Below, in pieces: positions 24,565 through 38,785 of a stretch of DNA of 64,000 bases. Position 1 is the stretch's first letter. The number at the start of each line of letters is the position of its first letter. The notes below the pieces were generated by a model. The model was not told the origin of the DNA and did no database searches. It worked only from the letters and a program-made list of their open reading frames with translations. Source of the stretch: Mobula hypostoma (lineage: Eukaryota); assembly GCF_963921235.1 (NCBI RefSeq), contig NC_086097.1, positions 232,688,001 through 232,752,000 on the forward strand. Reading direction: 5' to 3'. A program made the position numbers and the translations under genes.

Positions 24565-25669
24565 TATTTTGGTTTGTGTGATTCAGATACCTCCAATACC
24601 ATTGGCACCCAGCCTCCACCAGCAGGACCCACTCAATGGCTGCCGTCGCCTGTGGGAAATTCTCACATCTTTTAGTCAGGACATTAATCTGTCCAATTAA
24701 CAGCCTTTGTTATTCAAATGAAGTTCAGCTATCGGTCTCCAGTGAAACCGCTGTCCAGGTTACCCCATACACCTTTCATTCTTTGATAACCGACACCATT
24801 CCTCTCTTAGTTGCTTTTATTTTATTGTGCAACGACTTTCAAAAGTATCAGGGCAATCCTGAGAATTTACACCCAGGAATCTCTGCTTTACTTTTCCAAA
24901 GGGCCATCAACCACTCAAAAGAAAACCAGGCAAATTCACAGCAGGAAACTGGTAGGTAACAACAAATGTTCAAAGTAACTAAACACTGAAAAAAAAATAG
25001 ATATTCTGATAGTTTCTCTAAAAATGTAAAGTCCATAGGCTGGAGTCTCTGTCACTAAAGGAGAACTATATTAGAAATGCTAGGCACAGAGACAACGAAA
25101 TGTTCAACTTCTATTCTTATTATTTATTTGGAACACTAATTTTGAATTAAAACATTTACATTTTTATAATTCAATAGCACCTCAAATATATGAAAGCAAT
25201 TTTTGAAATACTCCCTTTGGAACTCACTGAGTGCTAATGGAGTATTTGGAAGGAATGGCTGTACGCAATGCCGCAGCTTTGATACTGTCATCAATTTGAG
25301 ATTTGTTCTGTCTTCTCCAGTGTAATCTGCTGTATATAGGGTTGAGAAACCATGCAAATGAATGTCTACTTGAATGTCATTGAGCAAATACTTCCATGTT
25401 TTTTTACTGATGGAATGCATGTTCTAACTGCTTTGCTCTTTGTGGTGTACTATAAATGGAAGTTCACCATTTTGTGCTCACTCCAATCTATGGCGTATTC
25501 ATAAAGCACAACAGCATGGAAATGGCCCTTCTGCCCACTGTTATTCTGCCTAGACCCATCCAGCCAAACCTGAACCATAGCCCTCCATGCACCTCTAACC
25601 TACGTAGTCATCCAAATTTCTCTTAAATGTTGAAATCAAACCAGTATTTGCCACTTCCATTGGTAGCTC

Positions 25670-25672
<3 letters not shown>

Positions 25673-25744
<72 letters not shown>
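25673..25744. repeat. (AC)36 microsatellite inside a CR1 3' fragment
   Basis: Perfect dinucleotide run; the flanks are CR1 sequence (25500-25800, minus strand). Confidence 0.98.
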
Positions 25745-25746
<2 letters not shown>

Positions 25747-25817
25747 TCCCCTGAATGAAGTTACCCTTAAATATCTCACCTTTCACTCTTAACCTATCAT
25801 CTCTTGGACTGATCTCA

Positions 25818-26912
25818 AGGTTGTAAACTGGATTTGAAATTGGCTGTGTGGGAGAAGGCAGAGAGTGTAGTGGATGATTGCTTATCAGGCTGGAGGCCTG
25901 TGACTAGTGGTGCGCCTCGAGGATCTGTGCGGGGACCATTGTTGTTTGTTGTCTATATCAATGATCTAGATAGTAATGTGGTAAATTGGATCAGCAAGTT
26001 TGCTGATGACACTAAGACTGGAGGTGTTGGAGACAGCGTGGAAGGCTTTCAAAGCTTGCAGAGGGATCTGGACCAACTGGAGGGGTGGGCCAGAAAATGG
26101 CAGATGGAATTTAATGCAGACAAGTGTGAGGTGTTGCATTTTGGAAGGACAAATCAAGGTAGGACATACACAGTAAATGATAGGGCACTGAGGAGTGTGG
26201 AGGAACAAAGAGATCTGGGAGTTCAGATACATAATTCCCTGAAAGTGGCGTCATACGTAGACAGGGTTGTAAAGAAGGCTTTTGGCATCCTGGCATTCAT
26301 AAATCAAAGTATTGAGTGTAGGAGTTGGGATGTTATGGGGAGGTTGTACAAGACATTGGTGAGGCCAAATTTGGAGTATTGTGTACAGTTCTGGTCACCT
26401 AACTATCAGTAAGGATATCAGTAAGATTGAAAGAGTGCAGAGAAGATTTACAAGGATGTGCCGGGTCTTCAGGAGTTGAGTTACAGGGAAAGAATGAACA
26501 GATTAGGACTTTATTCCTTGGAGCATAGAAGAATGAGGGGAGATTTGATAGAGGTTTACAAAATTATGAGGGGTATTGACAGAGTAAACGTGAATAGGCT
26601 CCTTCCACTTAGATTAGGAGAGATAAATATGAGAGGACATGGCTTTAGGGTGAAAGGGGAAAGGTTTAGGGGGAACATTAGGGTGAACTTCTTTACTCAG
26701 AGAGTGGTGGGAGTGTGGAACGAGCTGCCATCTGACATGGTAAATGCGGACTCACTCTTAAGTTTTAAGAATAAATTGGGTAGGTACATGGATGGGAGAG
26801 GTCTGGAGGGTTATGGACTGGATGCAGATCAATGAGACTAGTGGAATAATGTTTTGGCACAGACTAGAAGGGCCGAATGGCCTGTTTTCTGTGCTGTAGT
26901 GTTCTATGGTTC
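25818..26912 (+). mobile_element. Young CR1 (RT C-terminal half) nested in an older minus-strand CR1 (25500-27260)
   Basis: WRPVTSGAPRGSVRGPLLFVVYINDLD...KFADDTK...LEYCVQFWSP and RGDLIEVYKIM...FFTQRVVGVWNELP. Confidence 0.92.
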
Positions 26913-28299
26913 ATACCGTAGTGGAAAAAGCCTGCTTGCATTAAATTTTTCTATACCCCCATATTTTTGTATATCTCATTCCAATCTCCACTCACTCTTC
27001 AACAATCCAGGGATTAAATTAATTGCCTGAGAGGAAGCCAAATAGAGTTTCATTGTACCTATGTATAATGACAATAAAGATCATTCAATTCAAAGTCCTA
27101 ACACATTCAACCTTTCCCTACTCAGGTGCTCAAATCCTGGCAAGATCCTTGTAAATTTTCTCTGTACTCATTCAATCTTATTGACAGCTTTCCTATACGT
27201 AGGTGACCAGAACTGCACCGAATACCCCAAATTGGAACTCACCTACATTTTATACAACTTCACATTTGTGCTCAAGCATTTTGTGTTCACTCCAAGTCTA
27301 TGGCATATTCACTAACTACACTTGACAAAACTCCACAGGACTTTTGATAAATGTCTTGGGTTCATGTTTGGCAACTGAGGGTCGGAATAGAAAGATTGAT
27401 GTAGTTTTCAAGTATTTAAAGGGGAGAGCGCACAGGAAAAACTGGTGTTTAACATGCATAGAGCCCTAGAATTTATAAACACAGCACAAAAGGAAGGAAG
27501 TTATGCCTGACCTTCATATATACTAGATAAATCTCAGCTGAAGAATTGTAGACCACCCCCTTTAGCAAAGCTGTCACGTCCTTGGAAAGTATGTAGAAGA
27601 GATTTATTAGAATGATATCACAGATGGAAGTAGCTAATTTCATGGAATGATTTGAAAAGCCAGAATTCTCCTTGTCAGTGGAAATTTATTAAACACGATG
27701 GCAATCATGAGATGCTAAGGTGACTCCATTTCCAAAACTACAAGGGCCAGTAACATGAAAAGACAGACTTAAAGTAAATGAACCAAATGTGAAATGAAGG
27801 ATGTTGATCCACATTTCCGGTGAAATGGAATTCACTTTTTAAGAAGTATGGGGAAGTAGGTTTAAAAGTCAAAACTGAAATCTGAATAAGCATAATGAGA
27901 GATTTTCACTGAGCGCTGGGTCAGTTTTACAGAGACATGGGAACCTGACGCAGACATTCGATCATTAGATATGGAAGTAAAATTAGCCCTTTCGGACCAC
28001 GGAGTGCGCCACCATTCGATCATGGCTGATTTCTAAACCCTCACAACCCTCTTCTCCTTGCTTCTCCCCATAACATTTGACACCTTACTATTCAAAACCA
28101 CAAGACACAGGAGCAGAATTAAGCCATTCGGCCTGTTCAGTCTATCCTACCACGCCATCATGGCTCCCACACAACCCCATTCTCCTACCGTCTCCCCAAA
28201 ACATTTGACACCTTTATTAATCAAGAACCTATTAATCTCTGCTTTAAATATATGCAATGACTTGTCCTCCATGTCTGTATAAGTCAATGAATTGTACAC

Positions 28300-30457
28300 A
28301 TTCACCAATCATAATATGATTGAATTCATACTGCAATTTGAGAGCGAGAAGCATCATTCATATGTATTAGTATCACAGTGGAATAAAGGGAATTACAGAG
28401 GCATGAGAGAGGAGCTTGCCCAGGTGGACTGGACGACGGTACTGGCAGGGATGACAGCAGAGCAGAGGTGGCTGAAGTTTCTGGGAATAGTTCGCAAGGT
28501 GCAGGATAGGTATGTCCCACAGAAGCAGTAGTTCTCAAATGGCAACTGTGGCTGACAAAGGAAGTTAAGGACTGCATGAAAGCCCAGGAAAGGGCACATA
28601 AGGTAGCAAAAGTAAGTGGGAAGTTGAGTGATTAGGAAGCTTTTAAAATCCAACAAAAGGCAACCAAAAAAAAATCTGTAAGAAGGGAAAAGATGAAACA
28701 TGAGGGCAAACCAGCCAATTATATAAAGCATGATACTAGAAGATTTTTGCAGTTGTATAAAAAGTAAAAGGGAGGTGAGAGTTGATATTGGACTACTGGA
28801 AAATGATGCTGGTGAGGTAGTAATGGGGGACAAAGAAATGGCAGATGAACTTAATGAGTACTTTGAATCAGTCTTTACTGTGGAAGACACTAACAGTGTA
28901 CCAGAGGCCCGTGAGTGTCAGGGAATAGGAGTAAGTCCCATTGCTATTACAAAGGAGAATGTGCTAAGCAAATGCAAAGGTCTTAAGGTGGATAAGTCAC
29001 CTGGACCAGGTGGATTACATCCCAGAGTCCTGGGAGAGATTGTTGGACAGATAACGGATGCATTGGTCATGCTCTTTCATCGATCACTTGACTCTGGTAT
29101 GGTTACAGAAGACTGGAAAATTGCAAATGTCACTCCACTTTTTAAGAGTAAGGAAGGCAAAAGAAAGGAAATGATAGGCCAGTTAGCCTAGCTTCAGTGG
29201 CTTGGAAAGTGTTGGAGTCTATTATTAATGATGAGGTTTTGAGGTACTTGGAGACTAATGATAAAGTAAGTCAAAGTCATTATGATTTTTGTGAAGGGAA
29301 ATCTTGTCTGATAAATCTGATAGAGTTCATGGAGAATTAACAAGCAGGCTGGACAAAGCAGAGGCAGTGGAGGTCATTTAGTTGGATTTCCAGAAGGCAT
29401 TTGATAAGGTACCACTCATGAGACTGCTTAACAAGATAAAATCCTATAGTGTTAGAGGAAACATACTGGCATGGATAGAGGAATGGCTGACAGGCAGGAG
29501 GCAGCAAATGGGAAAAAGGGGGCCTTTTCTAGTTGGCTGCCAGTGACTGGCAGTGTTCTTCAGGGGTCAGTATTGAGACTGCTGCTTTTCACATTGTTTG
29601 TCAATGATTTAGATCATGGAACTGATGGATTTATGGCAAAGTTTGCGGATGATACAAAGATAGGTGGAGGGGTAGGTAGTGCTGAGGAAGCAATACGACT
29701 GGAGCAGGACTTAGACAAACAGGAATAATGGGCAAACAATGGCAGATGGAATAGTGTTAGGAAATGTATGATAATGAATTTTGGTAAAAGGAACAATAGT
29801 GTGGACTATTATCTAAATGGGGAGAACATTCAAACATCAGAGGTGCAGAGGGACTTAGGAGTCCTTGTGCAAAACTCCCAGAAGATTAATTTACAGGTTG
29901 AGTGTGTGGTAAAGAAGTTAGCATTTATTTCAAGGGGAATAGAATATACAAGCAAGGGGATAATGCAAACACATAATAAAGGACACTAGTCAGGCCACAT
30001 TGGAGTACCGTCAACAGTTTTGGGCTCCATATCTCGGAAAGGATGTGTTGTCATTGGAGAGAGTCCAGAGGAGGTTCACCAGGATGATTCTGGGAATGAA
30101 GGGGTTAACATATGAGGAGCATTTGGCAGCTTTCTGCCTGTACTCACTGGAATTTAGAAGAATGAAGGGGATCTCATTGAAACCTAGCAAACGTTGAAAG
30201 GACTAGATAAGGTGGATGTGGAGAGGATGCTTCCTATGGTGGGGGTATCCAGAAGTAGAGGGGTGACTTCTTTAAAAGAGGTAAGGAAGAATTTTATTAG
30301 CCAGACATTGATAGTTTCCTAGTTTCAGGGCATCAAAGGATATAGTGAGAAGGCAGGTTCATGGGATTGAGTGAGATCTGTGATCAGACATGATGGAATG
30401 GCGGAGCGGACTCGAAGGGCTAAATAGCCGAATTATGTTCCTAAGTCTTATGGTCTT
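28300..30457 (+). mobile_element. Decayed CR1 LINE ORF2 and 3' end
   Basis: ADELNEYFESVFT, KSPGPGGLHPRVL, WKIANVTPLFK, LLFTLFVNDLD..KFADDTK and LERVQRRFTRMI. Confidence 0.92.
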
Positions 30458-30493
30458 TGGGCTAAATCAATTCCTCCCAATCTTTGTTCTAAA

Positions 30494-30573
30494 GCTGGTG
30501 TTCCCAACCTGGTGTCCATGGACCCCTTGCTTCATGGTATTGGTTCATGACATAAAAAAAGTTTAGGAGTCCC
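30494..30573. mobile_element. Short degenerate hAT-type MITE
   Basis: Ends resemble the inverted pair g(g)tgttcccaacct ... agtttaggagtccct; about 80 bp, interrupting a CR1 fragment. Confidence 0.4.
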
Positions 30574-31004
30574 TTTTGTAAAGGGATGCTGTTCTATTCT
30601 GAGGCTGTACCCCATGGCTCTAGACTCTCCCATTATTGCAAACATCTGTTCCACTTCCACTCCATCTAGTCATTCCATGAGATCCTCCTTTTCCTTCTGA
30701 ATTCAAAAGGGTAGAAGTTCACAGCAATCAAATTCTCCTCAAATGCTCCTCCCTTTCACTCCTGGGGTCAATTTTGTGAATCTCCTCTGGACGTGATGGA
30801 CCAAACAGTTTCATTTCATGCCAAATCACTTGATAAGTTTACTTTCCTTAATGCTCCTTACTATTATACAGTACCTAGAGAACAATGCCATCACCAAATT
30901 GGCTAAAGAAAGTATAATTAAAATTACATTTTCCAGGAATAACTCACCAATGTTACAGATTATTGAATGCAAGTTTCTAAATGCTTCTTTAAAACATTGT
31001 TGTG

Positions 31005-31360
31005 TCATCATCATCATCATTATGTGCCATGTCAAATGACGTGGGCAATCACCGTCTTTGATCATGATTATGCTTGGCAAATTTTTCCACAGAAGTAGTT
31101 TGCCATTGACTTCTTTTGGGTAGGGCCTTTACACGGGTGACCCCAGTCATTATCAATACTCTTCAGAGATTGTTTGCTTGGTGTCAGTGGTTGCAACACC
31201 AGGACTTGTGACATGCACCAGCGGCTCAGATGACCAACCACCACCTGCTCCCATGGCCTCACGAGACCCTGATTGGGGGACTAAGAAGGGTGGCCTGCAG
31301 GCTAGTGGAGTGAAGGAGCACTTTACACTCCTTTGATAGAGACATATCTCCACCCTGCCA
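31005..31360 (-). mobile_element. RTE-related non-autonomous retroelement
   Basis: (ATG)n 3' tail and ATGGCAAACTACTTCTG..AAAATTTGCCAAG, which resembles the RTE/Bov-A-type segment (recalled, not aligned). Confidence 0.55.
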
Positions 31361-31589
31361 CTCAAACTGTTATGTAGATAATGATAATTCCCTCCTCTTG
31401 TCACTTAGCAATGCAGTTGCTTTCTTCAGTACCTCTGCGGAGCAGAAATATAATAAAGAGAAAGATGTCAAAGAAGCCAATGCTTTTATTTTTATAAAGT
31501 GATGTAGCCACTGGAGCCACCCACATATGAATACTGATGTCAACTTAGTTATTTCAGTGCAACCATGTTGTATTTTTGCCCAGTGGGAG

Positions 31590-32270
31590 AGGGGAGAACA
31601 GAGACTACCTGAGGGGGGTGGTGGGGTCTTTGATTATGCTGACTGCTTTACTAAGGCAGCGAGATGTATAGACAGAGTCCGTAGAAGGGGATGCTAGTTC
31701 CTGTGACATACAGAGCTGTGTCCACAACTATCTGTATTTTCTTGTAGTCATAAACAGAACAGTTGCTATATCAGTCATGATACATCTAGATAGGATGTTT
31801 TCTATGGTGCATCGATAAAAATTGGGTTGGTGTTGATGGGGATACACCACATTTCATCACCCTCCTGAGGAAGAAGAAGCATCGATGATGTTTCTTGACC
31901 ATAGCATCAAGGCTGCAACGGGACAGGCTAATGGTGATGTTCATACCTAGGAACTTGAGGATCTCAACCCTCTCAATTTCAGCACCTTTGCTGTAGACAA
32001 GAAGAGGGGCGCTGCCCTATTCCACCCACCCCATGGTCTATTGCGATTTTGAGGGAAAGATTGTTGCCATGATACCATGTTATTAAGCTCGCTCTCTCTC
32101 TCTCTCCTTCCTGTACTCTGACTCGATGTTACTTGAGCTATGGCCCACTACGGTGGTGTCATCTGCAAACTTGTAGATGGAGTTAGAGCACACATCATGA
32201 CAGTAGCGAAGGGAGGAGGCCAACGACACAAACGTAAGCTCTAGTGTTGAGAACAAAAGAATGATTAAAT
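31590..32270 (-). mobile_element. Rex1/Babar LINE RT fragment
   Basis: YKFADDTTVVG...ESEYRKE. Confidence 0.7.
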
Positions 32271-32271
32271 A

Positions 32272-32565
32272 ATAAACATGAGAAAATCTGCAGATGCTGG
32301 AAATCCAAAGCAACACACACAGAATGCTGGAGGAACTCAGCAGGTCAGGCAGCATCTTGGAAAAATGTAAACAGTCGAAGTTTTGGGCCGAGACCTTTCT
32401 TCAGAAATGAAAAGGAAGGGGGAAGTCACCAGATTAAAAAGGTGGGAGGAGGGAAATGAGGATAAGAAGAAGGTGGTAGGTGAGGTCAGGTGGTTGGGAA
32501 ATGTAAAGTGTTGGAGAAGAAGGAATCTGATAGGAGGGGAGAGTGGACCACAGGAGAAAGGGAAC
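32272..32565 (-). mobile_element. Penelope pLTR/3' end fragment with a decayed hammerhead
   Basis: aaatctgcagatgctggaaatcc...atgctggaggaactcagcaggtcaggcagcatc...gtcgaagttttgggccgagacc; purine-rich UTR. Confidence 0.75.
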
Positions 32566-33679
32566 GTTTAAATTTATTTCTTTAGTGAGAAGATTGACCT
32601 CCAAATGACAGAAGTTAAATTTTGAGCTGTGGGAGCCTGAACGGCTTGTAGCTAGTATAAAATCAAGACAGAAACACCAGGAAATTGGCACCAATGACAA
32701 CAATACTGCACTGAGTCATGGTAGTATGGAAAATATGCCATTAATTTTAGAAATGATTCATTGTAAAGGTACCAGTCCACTGATTCCTCGCCTACACTAA
32801 AATCCTAAATATTAAACTCTCATTTACATAATCATAAACTATATCCTAATTTGAAAATACCATGACCTACACATTCATAAAATTGTTAATAAGTTAACAA
32901 GTTAATGGTGCACTGAACATCAGTCTGATATTTAACTATGTCAAATGAGCTAACACTCCCAGATCAATAGGATCAGACTATCTCCATCATTTATTGAATG
33001 TGAAAATGCCAAGAATTGTTTCTGTATGCATGTGTGTATGTATGCACAGGACACTGAGGCATAACGCAGAATGAGAAAGGGGTGGCGGTGGTGCAGAGTG
33101 GGCGGCGGTGGCAGGCAAGGGCATGATACATTAAGAGAAGCGGGGGAAGGCCATTTGTTCCCTCCTGCTTGTTCAGCAATTCACTTACTTCATGGTTGAT
33201 CTTTGATCTTAGTACATTAAGCCTATATGCCTTGATTCTTTAAATTTACAAAAACCTTTGATCTCTGTCTTGAATATTCTTGGTGACTGACTTACAGACC
33301 GAGCAGATGGTTTTTGCATACAGAATTCCTATCTCATCTTGAGCAGCCAATTTCTTAACTTAAAACTGTGATTCATGGTCCTAGAGATATTACCCTTGCA
33401 CCTATTCATCCAAACACCACAAGAACTTTGAGTGTTCTAATGAGATCAGCTCTTATTCTCCTATAGCTCAGTACAGGACTAACCTGCTTGATTGCTCTTT
33501 ATAGGAAGATTTCACCTTCATGGATGCCGCATTCCCACTCTCCAAAGCTACTCCAAAAGCTTGGTCACTGCTACACCATTCTGAGGCTTTCTTGTGAAGC
33601 CTGGGATTTAATGGGTGTATCTGTGCAGGCTTTCCGTTTCCATTTCCCTTTCTGGCTCCAAATGGGGAACCGGCACCAC

Positions 33680-33836
33680 AGCCGGCCAGTGCCGTAGTGG
33701 CGTCCACACTGGACTTTGAGGCCAGTGGTCGCAGGTTCGAATCCGGCCGGCTTCTTGCATGTTGAGCTAGCAACCTAGCCTCATAAAAAAAGGAAAGGAT
33801 GCCGCCTGATGTGCTACAAGGTGTGGAAAGCAACCA
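33680..33836 (+). mobile_element. tRNA-derived SINE related to 9677-9945
   Basis: Begins agccggc, has A-box-like GTGCCGTAGTGG and B-box GGTTCGAATCC, and shares gagctagc..cctc.taaaaaaa. Confidence 0.7.
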
Positions 33837-34349
33837 CAGATAACACTTGGGCCTTAGACCCTGTGCACAGTTTTATAGACACCCCAAAAACACTAATGGT
33901 TAAAAAACAATTTTAACACTTGGAGTGCAACCTGACCAGTACAGAACGTTTTCCTGGCTTCAACGCTATTGTAAATACCTTAAAGTTGGCAGGAGCATAA
34001 ACACAATATAGAAATAGTTTCCAGCTACTGAATCTGTTAATCAACTGGCTGATTTTCAACTAGTTCAGATTTAGCGGGGTATAGTTTTCCACCTTCTCTA
34101 ATCAGACTTTTGCTCGCTGGATCTTGTAGTCTTGCAATCAAAAATTTAGTAAACAAAGCAGGAAGGATATGCGAGTGTGCTATTGCTGTACCACCTTCCT
34201 TGTTAGGAATGCAAGCTCATCTCACATTTCACACACTGTAATTTTCATGAGAACAGTTTGAGTTGTTTCTCACACAGTAGTTGAGAGATATATGTGGGGG
34301 AGGGATACAATCTGTGGCTAAATATCTTCCAATCTCTAGTTAATAATTG

Positions 34350-36180
34350 TCATAGAAAACAGAAAAAGAACCTTCAGCCCATCTAGTCAATGCCAAAAAC
34401 TGCCCACTCCTATCGACCTGCATTGGGACCATAGTTCTCCAAACTTCTCTTAACTGTTGAATTTGAGCTCACGTGCACCACTTATACTGGTAACTTATTC
34501 TACACTCTCATGACCTCTGAGTGAAGAAGTTTCCCCTCATGTTCCCCTTAAACTTTTCACCTTTTATCTTTAACCCATGACCTCTAGTTGTAGTCCCTCC
34601 AGTGGAAAAAGCCTGCTTACATTTACTGCATCTATACCCCTCATAATTTTGTATACCTCTATCAAATCTCCTCTCAATTATCTTCTTTCTAAAGAATACA
34701 GTCCTAACCTATTCAATCTTTCCTTATAACTCAGGTCCTCCAGACCTGGCCACATCTTTGTAAATTTTCTCTGTACTCTTTCAAACTTATCTACACCTTT
34801 CCTGTAGATAGGTGGCCAAAATTGCACACAGTACTCCAAATTAGGCCTCACCAACATCTCATACAACTTCAACATACATCCCAACTCCTGTACTCAATAC
34901 TTTGATTTGTGAAGGCCAACGTGCCAAAAGCAACCCTTACAACCTCTTATGACGCCACTACCTTCACTGAATTATGGCCCTGTATTCCCAGATCCCTTTG
35001 CTCCTCAGGGCCCTACTGTTCACCGTGTAAGTTCACCTACCCTAGTGGGTCCTACCGACGTGCAACACCTCACACTTATCAGCATTAAATCTGCCTTTTT
35101 TTAAAGCCCATTTTTCCATCTGATGCACACCTCTCTGCAAGCCATGATAGTCTTCCTCACTATCCACTACAACCCCAATCCGCAAATTTGCTCATCCAGT
35201 TAACCACATTACCATCCAAGTCATTGATATAGCTAACAAACAACAATGGACCCAGCACCGATGCCTGTGACGCACCACTAGTCACAAGCCCCCAGTCACA
35301 GAGGCAACCCTGTACTACCACTCGCCGACTTCTCCCACAAAACTAATGTCTTATCCAATTTATTACCTCATCTTGAATGCCGGGCGACTGAACCTTCTTG
35401 TCCAAACTCCCATGCGGGACCTTGTCAAATGCCTTGCTAAAGTCCATGTAGACAATATCCATTGCCTTGCCTTTATCCACTTCCCTGGAACCTCCTTGAA
35501 AAACTATATAAGATTGGTTAGACATGACCTACCACGCACAAAGCCATGCTGACTATCCTTAATCAGTCCATGTCTATCCAAATACTTATATATCTGGTCG
35601 CTTAGAATACATTCCAATAACTTTCCCATGACTAATACTAGAATCACTGACCTATAATTGCCCGGTTTATGCTTAGACACTTTCTTAAACAGTGGAACAA
35701 CATTATCTATCCTCCAATCCTCTGGTGCTAAGGATGATTTAAATATCTCTGCTAGGGCCCTGGCAATTTCTGCACTTGCATCCCATAGGGTCTGAGGGAA
35801 CGTCTTGTCTCGATTTGCCTCAAGACAGTAAACACCTCCTCCTCTGTAACCTGTATAGGTCCATGAAGTTGATCCCACTTTGCCTCACTTTTACAGACCC
35901 TGTGTCCATCTCGTGAGTAAATACTACTACTACGTCGACTCAGGCCATGAGTACATACAGATGCAAAAAAAATTATTTAAGATGTCCCCCATCTGTTTTG
36001 GCTCCATACATGGATTACATTCTGATCTTCCAGAGGATCAATTTTGTCCCTTGCTCTTTTTTTTTTCCCTTTTTGCTCATAACGTATCGGGAGATTCCCT
36101 TAGGATTCTCCTTCACCTTGTCCGCTAGAGCAACTTCATGCCTTCTATTAGGCCTCCTGATTTCTTTCTTAGGAAATTCT
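34350..36180 (-). mobile_element. Decayed CR1 LINE
   Basis: DWRIDNVVPLFKK..PGNYRSV, SQHGFVRGRSCLTNLI, VYMDFSKAFDKVPH and LVRPNLEYCVQFW. Confidence 0.9.
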
Positions 36181-37184
36181 TTCTGTCATTGTCTTTGTCG
36201 TAGGTTTGGGTTACAGGGTCCTCATATAACTCTATTGAACAGGGAATAGTATTTTCTTCAGGATGGTAGTAGGAGGAGGAAACAATTGAGGAGAACATAC
36301 ATGTATATTAAAATGGAGAAGGAACTTTACTTAGACACTCAAAAATGCTGGAACCCTGGCCAGAACCCTGCATAAAAACATCTTATAGTAAGTATGGTGC
36401 ATGCTTATATTTTTTTATGTATGCAACAGTCTTATTTGGCCAAGTGGACACTTTAAATATCTTCTTGTCATCAGCCTTAGCTGGTTGGTTCATTGTCTCT
36501 ATATCTCTTAAGAAGTTTTAATCATATGTCAATAGTTTACTTCTAATAAGTATTATATAATAGAATAGAACTTTATTGTCATTGCTCATGATAATGAGAT
36601 AGTGGAATCTTGATTATCGACAAGGATAATGGAACAGCTCGGTCAATTATGTAGCTGTCAGTTCAACACGAATATTCTAAATGCCACTTCTTGATTCCAA
36701 ACAATTAAACAATGAGGCTATTAAAAAACACACACCTATGGTAATCAGGTACTTGCTTGCTAACCTCTGATAATAAGCAAATGACAGGGACTTCTGAGAT
36801 GCAACTAACTCCAATGTTGTGCTGATTATTTTGGGATCTACACCTTCCCAACCAGGTTTCACAGAAAATCCTGCAACGTAGCACATTTACCAATTGACCA
36901 ATATATCACCAAAAATAAAGCTTTACTCAACTTTTCTAACATATTAAATAGATTTTGTCAAGACTGTGCACTATTAAGCTTTCTCTATTCTAATACCCAA
37001 GGCTATCACTTAATAATTATTAACCACATTACACAGTGAATGGTATACAATTGAGCCAACATTGCCTTAATTAATTGTGCAATAGAGTAATGAAAAAATA
37101 AGTATTAATTCTAAAAATCTTGCATGGTAAAACCAAAACTAAGCAAGTTTCAGTTCAAAAAGGCATCTAAACATAAGACACAAG

Positions 37185-37730
37185 ACTGCTTCCACTCCAT
37201 CTGCCACTAAAAGCAGGATTTCCCAGTGGCCACCCATTTCAAATCTACTTCCCATTCACATTCTGACATGCCAGTTCACAATAGGGCCATGTTCAGGTTG
37301 GAGGAGCAACACCTCATATTCCGTTTGGGTAGCCTCCAAACCAATGGCCTGAACATTGATTTCTCAAACTTCCGGTAACTGACCACCCTCCTCTCCGTCT
37401 TCACCAGTCTTGTTTCCTCTCTCACCTTATCTCCTTACCTGCCCATCACCTCCCTCTGGTGCTCCACCCCCTTCCCTTTCTCCCATGGCCTTCTCCCCTC
37501 TCCTACCAGATTCCCCCCCCCAGCCCTTTATTGCCTCCTCCTCTCCCAGTTTCACCCATCATCTGCCATCTTGTATTTCTGCCTCCCCTCCCCCACCTTC
37601 TTATTCTGACTCTTTCCCCCTTCCTTTCCAGTCCTGATGAAGGGTCTCGGCCCAAAAGGTTGACTATTTATTCCTGTCCATAAATGCTGCCTGACCTGCT
37701 GAGCTCCTCCAGCATATTGTGTGTATTCCT
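37185..37730 (+). mobile_element. Penelope 3' end (GIY-YIG tail + pLTR) with a decayed hammerhead at 37630-37665
   Basis: FPVATHF..RLEEQHLIFRLGSLQ; AGTC-CTGATGA-A-GGG-TCTCGG-CCC-AAAA (G12 changed to A). Confidence 0.85.
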
Positions 37731-38589
37731 CTAAACGTAATGGGCCAGTATAGAACAATGACTTAGTTGCATTCAAAATGCAAGCGTAGCATAAATATTT
37801 CAACTTCTAAGACCCACGTGAGTAACTCCCCGCACCCAGTCGCTTTAATTTTAACTTCTTTTGTGGCACTGTGTCACATCACTTCAAACATATTAGTCTA
37901 TCCAGGCACAATAGACACAGTGTTGCTTTCTCTTCCCTGGGTCAGGCAAATACTATAGTCTTCGATTGAGATAATTATCTTGAGGAAAAGAAACTGTTCT
38001 TACACCTGAATAGGCCACTAAAATACAAGTACACACCGTAAAATGATGTGCTGGATCTAAATCTGCACACATCTGAAACAATGATCTGTAAATACCTGTA
38101 TTTTAAGGGGTCGAGAGCTTTATATTACGGGAGGCTTGCCCTTTTCTTCCATTTTGAAAGCCAGATCAGTTAAAACGTGGGATGACAATGCACAGAAACA
38201 AAAGTTGGTCAAATTATTTCAGAATTACAATTTCTATTGGCCTGCATTTTTTGGATTCCGAACACCATAGTTTAGGGATGCGTAGCGGTGGGGTCCGCCA
38301 CTGGTCTGGGCTATCAAGCTGGAATAGCAGCCAATAATATTTTGCCTCTGAATTCCTCCCTCTTTCGGAGTGGTTCCATCGTTATATCTGATATCACATT
38401 ATCTTGACCTTGACTGTGATCATCTGGACTGCAGTGACCGCAGTATAATCACAAAACGTTACGCGAGAGTCTTTCACTAAGCCAAACCTTCTCACCCCCT
38501 AAAGCATCAAACGCCGATCATTTACAAACAACAAGTTGGCAATATAAATCTTGCACAGAAAATTTACAAGCTTCAGCCGTCTGAGGTAC

Positions 38590-38785
38590 CTGAACAGAAA
38601 CTGATGCTACTGACGGTGGTTGCGGATCTCCGTGACTGGCTGGAGCTGAGATCGTAATCGCGGCTGTCTTCCTCGGACAAGGGGGATTCAGACGAAGGCG
38701 ATCCTTTCTGGATATGGGAGTAAGGGCGGAGAACCAGTCTGGGGATGCGACTGCGTGGACTTCGCTTCTCTTGCACCTTCTGATT
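38590..38785 (-). CDS. SYBU: Syntabulin coding exon 2 (196 nt, phase 0 to 1)
   Basis: Acceptor tttatttctggtag|AAT. Encodes NQKVQEKRSPRSRIPRLVLRPYSHIQKGSPSSESPLSEEDSRDYDLSSSQSRRSATTVSSISFCS, matching recalled SYBU motifs SRIPRLILRP, SPASESPFSEEES and TVSSNSFCS. Donor G|GTACCT. Confidence 0.95.

Noticed and set aside
24565..24810. Possible retroviral/LTR internal fragment
   Set aside because: The minus-strand frames I read contain stops, and neither they nor the short plus-strand ORFs show a diagnostic motif; left unassigned.
25595..25786. Cys-Val repeat protein
   Set aside because: Translation of the (AC)n microsatellite inside a CR1.
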